Shown in pieces: positions 25,550 to 32,486 of a stretch of 32,486 bases of DNA (positions are counted from its first letter, which is position 1; every line of letters starts with the position of its first letter). A program made the translations under genes and the position numbers. Source of the stretch: a virus (Duplodnaviria; Caudoviricetes); the IMG/VR virus record IMGVR_UViG_3300037515_001149, positions 1 to 32,486 of that record, one strand, 5' to 3'. The notes under the pieces were generated by a model that saw only the letters and a program-made list of their open reading frames with translations, was not told where the DNA came from and did not search any database.

Positions 25550-26346
25550 GTCCGCCTGGCCTCGGGTCTTACGACCATGGAGCCAAGGCCGAATGGCGGC
25601 AGTGGCAGTGGGACGCCGTGGCCGCCATGCTGCCCGTCCCGGTAGAAAAGGCCACGGTTCTCTACCTCTCCGGTCCTGACGATCGAGACCGAAGGGAGGC
25701 CCGCCTTCGGGGCTTCAGGCCAGAGGGCCTTGTCGCCGTGGACACTCAAGAAGAACACGTCAAGCGCATCCGGTCCCGTAGAGGGCTGGCTGTCCGAGGC
25801 GACCTGTGCTCGGTCTTGCGCGAGTGGCCACGGGACTGGCGGGTCCATGCCGTGATAGCAGACTTGTGCGGCGGCCTAACGCGAGACGCGCATGTCTTGG
25901 CTCTCACTGTTACGCACGCCCCAGCCCTGACCGCGGGATGCGTGGTGAGCGTGAACCTCAAGCGGGGACGGGATGCGTGGTCGAACCCATGGCGGCCCCA
26001 GCTGGCGAGGCATTATGAGGATGTACGGACCCCGCGGGGATTAGTCTCGATACGACTGCATCGAGCCGCTCAGTGGTGGGCGTTACTCCCCGATCTAACA
26101 CTGGCCGCCAGCGGCAGGTGGGTGCCTGCGTGGGAGGTCGCGAAGGCGAGGAGGATCATCGGGGATAGGTTGGTTACATGGACCTACAAGTCCACCCCGA
26201 GCACCGTGATGGACTCTGGGGTCTGCGTTTTGCCGTATCACATTCCAGCCGAGATAGAAGGCAGTGACACCCAACTGCGCCAGCAGATCATTGCTGTCCG
26301 TGCGGTCAGAACCCGTCACATGCGCCGATGGGGGGTGGCCGAGTGA
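25546..26346 (+). CDS. Moron-like gene, possible SAM-dependent methyltransferase fold
   Basis: GTGA coupling at both ends; VLYLSGP, LVAVD, RGDL, VIADLCGG in Rossmann-like order; more A/T-ending codons than flanking genes. Confidence 0.5.
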   Translation: MSPPGLGSYDHGAKAEWRQWQWDAVAAMLPVPVEKATVLYLSGPDDRDRREARLRGFRPEGLVAVDTQEEHVKRIRSRRGLAVRGDLCSVLREWPRDWRVHAVIADLCGGLTRDAHVLALTVTHAPALTAGCVVSVNLKRGRDAWSNPWRPQLARHYEDVRTPRGLVSIRLHRAAQWWALLPDLTLAASGRWVPAWEVAKARRIIGDRLVTWTYKSTPSTVMDSGVCVLPYHIPAEIEGSDTQLRQQIIAVRAVRTRHMRRWGVAE

Positions 26347-26540
26347 GCCCGCGCGTCCGGTGGTTGATTACCAGGCCGTGCGACGGATGCAAGGAGGTTC
26401 TGGCCCACACCGCGACGGAGGCGATGGCGGAACTGGCGTCCAAGGCCTCGGACCCGGACACGCAACTCACCACCGTTCGGTGCGGCCGCTGCAAGCGGGT
26501 GAACGTGATCCGGGCGAGGGACTACGTCGGCGCGGCTTGA
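26343..26540 (+). CDS. Com-like (Mu Com family) Zn-finger regulator
   Basis: PCDGCKEVLA...VRCGRCKRVN, 65 aa. Confidence 0.6.
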   Translation: MSPRVRWLITRPCDGCKEVLAHTATEAMAELASKASDPDTQLTTVRCGRCKRVNVIRARDYVGAA

Positions 26541-26566
26541 CTACAGGATACGGCGCAGTGTAGACT
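26537..26566 (+). promoter_or_regulatory. Sigma70-type promoter for the head operon
   Basis: TTGACT (26537-26542), 18 bp, TAGACT (26561-26566) at the start of an intergenic gap. Confidence 0.6.
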
Positions 26567-26624
26567 CCGCAGGTACGACATAGCGGGCCCCATCGGGGCC
26601 GCGCGAACCGAAGGGCCAGCAGAG

Positions 26625-26670
26625 AGGCCCCCTACGCCCCGCCAGCCGGGGAGAGGGGGCCTTTTCTCGT
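26625..26670 (+). terminator. Intrinsic terminator / attenuator in the head-operon leader
   Basis: AGGCCCCCT (26625-33) pairs with AGGGGGCCT (26654-62), inner CCCC/GGGG, followed by TTTCTCGTT. Confidence 0.6.
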
Positions 26671-26685
26671 TCTACCACGAGGGCG

Positions 26686-27237
26686 ATGCACGACACGATC
26701 CCCACCACCGAGCCGGAACGCCTCGTCAGCGGGACGACGTGGAGTTGGAACATCGTCGACTCCGACCATCCGCCCTCGGCAGGTTGGACGTTGTCCTACT
26801 CGTTCAGAAACGCGACCGCCGCCGACAAGCTGGACGTCACCGCCTCACCGTCCGACGACGACTCCACGTTCGAGGTCCGGCTCACAGCCGAGCAGACCGA
26901 CCTCCCTGCCGGCTTCTACCGCTGGGCCCGTTACGTCTCGAACGAAGACGGGGCCCGCTACCGGACCGCAACCGGGTCGCTCGTGGTCGAGCCCGACTTT
27001 GCCGCCGCCGACACGTACACGACCCACGAGCAGCGCGTCCTGGCCGTGATCGAGGCGCTGATCGAGGGCCGCTACTCCGACGACATGGAGCAGTTCTCGA
27101 TCCGGGGCCGCTCGGTGCTCCGGATGAGCATGGCCGAGCTCCAGAAGTGGCGCGGCTACTACCGGGCGATGGTCCGGCGCCAGATCAAGGGCGGCCGGAT
27201 GCGCACCGTGGACCTCCACTTCACCACGCCGACCTGA
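26686..27237 (+). CDS. Head completion / head-tail joining protein (gpW-like C-terminus)
   Basis: Lies between terminase and portal; C-terminal FSIRGRSVLRMSMAELQKWRGYY pattern; beta-rich N-terminal domain. Confidence 0.65.
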   Translation: MHDTIPTTEPERLVSGTTWSWNIVDSDHPPSAGWTLSYSFRNATAADKLDVTASPSDDDSTFEVRLTAEQTDLPAGFYRWARYVSNEDGARYRTATGSLVVEPDFAAADTYTTHEQRVLAVIEALIEGRYSDDMEQFSIRGRSVLRMSMAELQKWRGYYRAMVRRQIKGGRMRTVDLHFTTPT

Positions 27238-27449
27238 TGGGCTGGGCGGAGCTCCTCACGGCCGCCGCCTTCCTGGCGGGCTGGCTGCTGGTGACGTGGG
27301 GAGTCGCGTCTCTCACGGTGTGGCAGGTCTGGCCCGTCTCGCTCGGGCTCCTGCTGATCTCCGCCGGCGGCTGGAAGGTGCTGGCTCAGCTGGTCGCCCA
27401 CGGGCTCCATCCCGTGCCCGGCCAGCCGAAGAAGGGTGGGCCGAAGTGA
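27237..27449 (+). CDS. Small two-TM membrane protein upstream of portal
   Basis: MGWAELLTAAAFLAGWLLVTWGVASL...VSLGLLLISAGG; TGATG/GTGA coupling. Confidence 0.65.
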   Translation: MGWAELLTAAAFLAGWLLVTWGVASLTVWQVWPVSLGLLLISAGGWKVLAQLVAHGLHPVPGQPKKGGPK

Positions 27450-28972
27450 ACGCCCTGCGTGGAGCGATCGAGCGGAGCCGCCAGCCCAGCGCATCCTCCT
27501 CGTACGCCGGCGCCCAGGTCAACCGCCTCACCGATGACTGGATCTGGGCGCCGATCAAGAGCGCCGATCAGGAGATCCGGTGGGACCACCGCCGCCTGGT
27601 CGGTCGCGCCCGGGAGCTGGCCCGCAACGACCCCTACGCCCACCGCTTCCTGCGGCTCCTCCGCCACAACGTCGTGGGCCCCCACGGGATCCGGATGCAG
27701 GCCAGGGTGGCCCGGGCCAGCGGTGACATGGACACCGCCATCAACGACCGGATCGAGGAGGAGTGGAGGGCCTGGTCGCGCCCGCAGAACTGTACGGCGG
27801 ACGGCCGGCAGAGCCTGCGCGACGTCTGCGGTTCCGTGATGGAGGCCGTGGCGAGAGATGGCGAGGCCCTGGTCCAGCCTCTGCGCGGATGGGACAACCG
27901 CTGGGGCTACGCGCTGCGGGTGTTGGACCCCGACCTCCTGGACGTGGACTTCAACCGCTTCCCGTCGGATCGCGAGAACGAGATCCGGATGGGGGTGGAG
28001 ATCAACCGGTGGGGCCGTCCGGTCGCCTACCACCTCTTCGACCGCCACCCGTACGACGGCGGCCGGCGCGACCGGACCCGGGTCCCCGCATCCGACCTCT
28101 GGCACCTGTACCTGGTCGAGCGCCCCGGCCAGAGCCGTGGCGTGACGTGGCTCGCGCCGTCGATGATCCGCTCGAAGTGGCTCGCGGGCTACTCGGAGGC
28201 CGAGATCATCGCGGCCCGCACCGCGGCGTGTAAGCAGGGATTCTACACCCAGGACCCGGCCACCGAACCAGACCCGATGGCGGACGGCGACGAGGAAGAC
28301 GTCATCCCCTCCGAGGCGGAGCCTGGCCGGTTCGATATCCTGCCGCCCGGGGTGGACATCACCCCGTGGGACCCGCAGCACCCCAACTCCGCGTTCGACG
28401 CCTTCGAGCGCTCGATCCTGCGCGGCATCGCCATGGGATGGGACGTCGCCTACTCCTCGCTCTCCGGGGACCTGTCGGACGTCAACTTCTCCTCGATCCG
28501 CGCCGGCATCGTCCAGGAACGCGACGTCTACCAGTGGCTCCAGCAGTGGCTGGTCGAGCACCTCCTCGACCTCACCTACGACGACTGGTTTCTCCATGCG
28601 CTGACCGCCGGTGCGCTCGAGCTGCCGGCGCGGAACATGGCCCGGTGGAAGCAGCGCGTCTGGCAGCCAAGGGGCTGGCAGTGGGTCAACCCCGCCCAGG
28701 AGGTCAAGGCGCACCGGGAGGAGGTGGACGCCGGCCTGAACAGCCTCACCAGCATCGCCGCCTCCCAGGGCCGCGACATCGAGGAGGTCTTCCGGGAGCG
28801 GAAGAACGAGATCCGCCTGGCGGAAAAGTACGGGGTCCCGCTGGGGGGCGCGGCGAAAGCGCCTCCTCCCGGGCCTGCCCGCCGCGAGGAGGACGACGAG
28901 GACGACTCAGACGAAGCCGCGGCCGTGCTGGTCGGGTCCCCGAACGGCAACGGCCATCGCTGGAGGGAGTAA
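27446..28972 (+). CDS. Portal protein, lambda family
   Basis: RARELARNDPY, DGEAL, GVEINRWGRPVAYH, RPGQSRGV, SGDLSDVNFSSIR, WVNPAQE. Confidence 0.93.
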   Translation: MNALRGAIERSRQPSASSSYAGAQVNRLTDDWIWAPIKSADQEIRWDHRRLVGRARELARNDPYAHRFLRLLRHNVVGPHGIRMQARVARASGDMDTAINDRIEEEWRAWSRPQNCTADGRQSLRDVCGSVMEAVARDGEALVQPLRGWDNRWGYALRVLDPDLLDVDFNRFPSDRENEIRMGVEINRWGRPVAYHLFDRHPYDGGRRDRTRVPASDLWHLYLVERPGQSRGVTWLAPSMIRSKWLAGYSEAEIIAARTAACKQGFYTQDPATEPDPMADGDEEDVIPSEAEPGRFDILPPGVDITPWDPQHPNSAFDAFERSILRGIAMGWDVAYSSLSGDLSDVNFSSIRAGIVQERDVYQWLQQWLVEHLLDLTYDDWFLHALTAGALELPARNMARWKQRVWQPRGWQWVNPAQEVKAHREEVDAGLNSLTSIAASQGRDIEEVFRERKNEIRLAEKYGVPLGGAAKAPPPGPARREEDDEDDSDEAAAVLVGSPNGNGHRWRE

Positions 28973-28975
28973 GCA

Positions 28976-31516
28976 ATGGACCACCCCGACGTGTCGGCCC
29001 GGATCGAGGCAGCCCTCGAGGAATCGGGAGCGCTGAAGCAAGCGGACGGCGCCTCTCTTCGGCGGGTCGTGGTCGCGGCGCTCTCGACTCCCTGGGCGAT
29101 CCTGCCCGAGAAGCTGGAGGAGATCCAGGCGTTCATGACGCTGCGGATGTCCGGTCACCTCTCGGACGAGCAGATCCAGGCGGCGGCGCGCCAGGCCCGC
29201 ACCCGCAGGGCGGCGACGCCGTCCGGAGTGGCCCTGATCTCCATAACCGGCACCATCGGCAAGCGCATGTCGATGATGTCGGAGATGAGCGGCGGCACCT
29301 CGATCGAGCGGCTGTCGGCCGAGCTCGACGCCGCGATGGAGGACTCCTCCATCGGTCACGTGGTCTTCGACGTCGACTCCCCAGGAGGCTCGGTCGCGGG
29401 TGTCGGCGAGCTCTCGCAGAAGATCCACGAGGCTCGCGGCCGGAAGCCCATGACGGCCGTGGCGAACGACCTGATGGCGTCGGCCGCCTACTACATCGCC
29501 AGCGCCGCGGACGAGGTGGTCGCCTCCCCCTCCTCCCTCGTGGGCTCGATCGGCGTGCTGGCGATGCACCTGGACGTGTCGCGGGCCAACGCGATGCTCG
29601 GGGTCAAGCCAACGCTGATCACCGCTGGGAGGTGGAAGGCCGAGGCCGTGCCGCACCGCCCCCTCTCCGACGATGCGCGCGACCACATGCAGGAGATGGT
29701 GGACGACTTCTACGGCCAGTTCATCTCCGCCGTGGCCAGGAACCGCGGCACCACCGCTCAGGCTGTCGCGAACGGCTACGGCGAGGGGCGCGTCCTGACC
29801 GCCGAGCGAGCCCGCGCAGCAGGCCTCATCGACCGGGTGGCCACGCTGGAGGAGGTCCTGGCGGAGCTGGGCGTATCGCCGAAGCAACTCGCGCAGGCCC
29901 ATGCCGAGGAGGACGTGGAGTTGGCGGCCCAGGAAGCGTTCAGGGTCCCCGCCGGCTCGCTCGCTCATCCGGGGATCGCATCGCCCGGCGAGCTGTTCCT
30001 TGTCGCAACACCGCGAGCGACACTGCCGGCCACCCTGACGACCTCCGCCGACGCTCCGGCGCCGGCGACCGAAGACACCGCGGACCGGGGCGCGGACGCC
30101 TCCCCGGACCCCAACCCCGAACCGGCCCCAGAGGCCAGGGAGACACCCATGTCCACACAGGACACGGCGGCCCAGCCCGCAGGGGCCGCGACCGACACCG
30201 TCGCCGAGACCCGCGCGGAGCGCATCCAGGACCACGAGGCCGAGCAGCACCTCGCGGCCGACGTGATCGCGCTGTGCGGCGCCCACGGCCTCAGCGCGAC
30301 CCAGGCGGACGAGTACGTGCGCTCCGGGAAGAGCGTGCGCGAGATCGGCGCGGACATCAACCGCCGGAAGCGCGAGGGCCTGGAGGCCTTCACCCAGCCC
30401 ACGGTGGAGATGAGCAGCCGGCAAGTGCAGCGCTACAGCCTGTCGAAGGCGATCCTCGCCGAGGCCGACGGGAAGCGGGAGGAGCTGGGCTTCGAGTACG
30501 AGGTCCACCAGGAGCTGCTCAAGAAGCTGCCCGGCGACTACAAGCCGAAGGGCGGCCTGCTGATCCCCACCAGGATCCGCCTCCTCGACACGATGGGCGA
30601 GCACGGTGTCCATCCCGGCGCGCAGCTCCGCACCTCGGCCGCCTCCGGCGGGCAGACGCTGGTCTTCACCGAGGCCGGCGACTTCATCGACCTGCTCCGC
30701 AACCGGATGAAGGTCGCCCAGCTCGGCGCGACCATCCTGAGCGGCCTTCAGGGCAACGTGTCGTTCCCGCGGCAGACCGGCGCCGGGACGTTCGAGTGGG
30801 TGGCCGAGGACCCCAACTCGGACCAGAGCGACAGCGAGCTGACCCTCGGCCAGGTCGCGCTCAACCCGAAGGAGGGCCAGAGCACCACGGCCTACACCCG
30901 GCGGCTGCTCGCCCAGGCGGTGATCGACGTGGACGCGCTGGTCGCCAACGACCTGGCGCTGATCACCGCGCTCGGCATCGACCTGGCCGCCATCGCCGGC
31001 ACCGGCGCGAACAACCAGCCGACCGGCATCCTGGAGACGGACAACATCGGCGACGTGGCCCTCGGCGCGGACGGGGGCGTGCCCACGTTCGGCTCGATCG
31101 TGGACCTGGAGACCGCGGTGGCCGATGCCAACGCGGACATCGGCACCATGGCCTACCTCACCACGGCGGCCATGCGGGGGGTGCTCAAGAAGACCCCGAG
31201 CCTCGACAACACCGCGAACATCCCCGTGTGGGCCGGGGCGGAGATGAACGGCTACCGGGCCGAGGTCTCCAACCAGGTCCCCCGGACCCTGACGAAGGGA
31301 GCCTCGACCACCGCGCACGCCATCATCTTCGGTGTCTGGTCGCAGCTGATGATCGGGTACTGGGGCGCCTACGAGCTCGTGGTCGACCCCTACAGCAAGA
31401 AGAAGCAGGGTCTGATCGAGGTGACCTCCCACCAGATCGTCGGCCTGGCAATCCGGCACCCGGAGAGCTTCGCCGCGATCCAGGACGCCCTCGTCACCGC
31501 GCCGGCCGAGTCCTGA
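28976..31516 (+). CDS. S49 (SppA-type) prohead protease fused to HK97-fold major capsid protein
   Basis: N-terminal VDSPGG, MASAAYYIAS, VGSIGV; acidic/Pro linker; capsid part FIDLLRN, FPRQTG, WVAE, GTGANNQPTGIL, IIFGVWSQL, VDPYS, IRHPESF. Confidence 0.9.
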   Translation: MDHPDVSARIEAALEESGALKQADGASLRRVVVAALSTPWAILPEKLEEIQAFMTLRMSGHLSDEQIQAAARQARTRRAATPSGVALISITGTIGKRMSMMSEMSGGTSIERLSAELDAAMEDSSIGHVVFDVDSPGGSVAGVGELSQKIHEARGRKPMTAVANDLMASAAYYIASAADEVVASPSSLVGSIGVLAMHLDVSRANAMLGVKPTLITAGRWKAEAVPHRPLSDDARDHMQEMVDDFYGQFISAVARNRGTTAQAVANGYGEGRVLTAERARAAGLIDRVATLEEVLAELGVSPKQLAQAHAEEDVELAAQEAFRVPAGSLAHPGIASPGELFLVATPRATLPATLTTSADAPAPATEDTADRGADASPDPNPEPAPEARETPMSTQDTAAQPAGAATDTVAETRAERIQDHEAEQHLAADVIALCGAHGLSATQADEYVRSGKSVREIGADINRRKREGLEAFTQPTVEMSSRQVQRYSLSKAILAEADGKREELGFEYEVHQELLKKLPGDYKPKGGLLIPTRIRLLDTMGEHGVHPGAQLRTSAASGGQTLVFTEAGDFIDLLRNRMKVAQLGATILSGLQGNVSFPRQTGAGTFEWVAEDPNSDQSDSELTLGQVALNPKEGQSTTAYTRRLLAQAVIDVDALVANDLALITALGIDLAAIAGTGANNQPTGILETDNIGDVALGADGGVPTFGSIVDLETAVADANADIGTMAYLTTAAMRGVLKKTPSLDNTANIPVWAGAEMNGYRAEVSNQVPRTLTKGASTTAHAIIFGVWSQLMIGYWGAYELVVDPYSKKKQGLIEVTSHQIVGLAIRHPESFAAIQDALVTAPAES

Positions 31517-31547
31517 TCTGGGGCCGGTAGGGCGTAGTGGGTAGCAC

Positions 31548-31589
31548 GCCGGGCGGGGCGCGCCCGAGGAGGGGCCGCCCCGCACCGGC
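31548..31589 (+). other. Strong GC hairpin between capsid and LicD genes
   Basis: GCCGG-GCGGGGCG...CGCCCCGC-A-CCGGC with inner GCCC/GGGC; no U-tract. Confidence 0.45.
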
Positions 31590-31628
31590 ACCCCAAAAGT
31601 GAAACCACGGACCGGAGGCGGTGAGAAC

Positions 31629-32486
31629 GTGGGAGGCGTGCAGGTCAAGGCGATGCGAGGCTTCCGCCACCGTGGCCGCCCTGTCGACGCGGGCCAGGTG
31701 CTGGACGTCACGAGGGAGGAGGCGCAGTCCCTCGTCCTCCACAATCGTGCCGTGGAGGTTGTGGACCTGCCGCCGTGCACGAGGACCAGCCGCCGGTGCC
31801 CCCAGGGCCCGGACCTCACCAGCGTCACCCCCGACTGCTGCCGCGCCCACATCCGGGAGATGCTGGAGTGGCTGGCCGGAGCCTTCGCGGAGGCGGGCAT
31901 CACCTGGTGGGCCGACTACGGCACCGCCCTCGGCGCCGTGAAGTGCGGCGGCCTCTACCCGATGGACAAGGACGGTGACCTGGGGGTGATGCAGGACGAC
32001 ATGGAGAAGGTGCTGGCGCTGGACGGGGAGGCTACGAGGGCAGGTTTCGCCTTCGTCTTCAAGCCGATTCGCAGGACCGGGCCGTACGGGGGCGGCAACA
32101 GCGTGAAGCTCCGGTACTCGAAGACCAATCACACGAACGTCGACCTGTTCTTCTGGCACGAGCACGACCCGAGAAACGAGTGCGAACACCAGGGTTGCCA
32201 GTCCCGGGGCCGCCGGTTCCTGGGCCAGCGCACCATCCACCGGAAGACGTATGTCGGCGTCGACCGGTACAAGGGAAAGGAGGTCCCGGTAGACAGGGTC
32301 TTCCCGTTGGCGACCGTGGACTACGAAGGCCTGTCCCTGCCGGCGCCGTGCGGGATCCGGGAGCCCGGATCCAAGGCCGCCCCGCACATCGAGGGCTACG
32401 AGGCGGGCTCGTGGTTTCTTGAGCACCGCTACGGTCCCGGGTGGCACCAGGACCTGGCCGCCAACCATGACGGGCGGGCCCGGTGA
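31629..32486 (+). CDS. LicD/fukutin-family phosphoryl-ligand transferase with small N-terminal capsid-neighbour-type domain
   Basis: WWADYGTALGAVKCGGLYPMDKDGDLG (LicD GTLLGA...DxDxD), VDLF, VFPL...YEG...PAP, FLEHRYGPGW. Start is uncertain (GTG 31629 follows GGAGG; GTG 31599 or 31638 also possible). Confidence 0.8.
   Translation: MGGVQVKAMRGFRHRGRPVDAGQVLDVTREEAQSLVLHNRAVEVVDLPPCTRTSRRCPQGPDLTSVTPDCCRAHIREMLEWLAGAFAEAGITWWADYGTALGAVKCGGLYPMDKDGDLGVMQDDMEKVLALDGEATRAGFAFVFKPIRRTGPYGGGNSVKLRYSKTNHTNVDLFFWHEHDPRNECEHQGCQSRGRRFLGQRTIHRKTYVGVDRYKGKEVPVDRVFPLATVDYEGLSLPAPCGIREPGSKAAPHIEGYEAGSWFLEHRYGPGWHQDLAANHDGRAR

Noticed and set aside
28366-31530. 1054-aa + strand ORF and similar Arg/Gly/Pro-rich alternative frames
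   Set aside because: Off-frame overlap of portal and capsid genes with the R/G/P-rich composition typical of GC-rich non-coding frames.
31548-31589. Hairpin as an intrinsic terminator after the capsid gene
   Set aside because: No U-tract directly follows it on either strand; recorded only as a hairpin (possible mRNA stabiliser or expression step-down).
28907-31903. 998-aa minus-strand ORF, and other long antisense ORFs such as 4733-6736, 9153-10691, 20438-21874 and 27386-28714
   Set aside because: Antisense shadows of well-supported + strand genes; stop codons are rare at this GC content and no motifs are recognisable.

Overview
A 32.5-kb piece of a very GC-rich temperate tailed phage (Caudoviricetes). 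All credible genes lie on the + strand and most are translationally coupled by ATGA/GTGA/TGATG overlaps. Gene order: small early genes; a recombination module (RecE/ExoVIII-like nuclease, Gp3-like protein, SMC/Rad50-like ATPase, RusA); excisionase, tyrosine integrase and an apparently intact attP with paired arm-type repeats; a mosaic of small accessory genes (NrdR-like Zn ribbon, C5 and N4/N6 DNA methyltransferases, a Cys/Asp-rich protein ending in an SSB-type DDDLPF tail); a replication module (HNH, initiator with internal iterons, primase-helicase, PD-(D/E)XK nuclease); a lambda-like cos candidate; Nu1/GpA-type terminase; a methyltransferase-like moron; a Com-like Zn-finger gene followed by a promoter-leader-terminator; and head genes (gpW-like, lambda-type portal, S49 protease-major capsid fusion). 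The last gene is a LicD/fukutin-family transferase fused to a small capsid-neighbour-type domain. The most interesting candidates are this possible virion-decorating LicD enzyme, the Com-like/terminator switch in front of the head operon, an attP that would split the early operon on integration, and a large nested stem-loop at about 567-821. All family calls come from motif recognition by eye; no database searches were run and the host is not determined.
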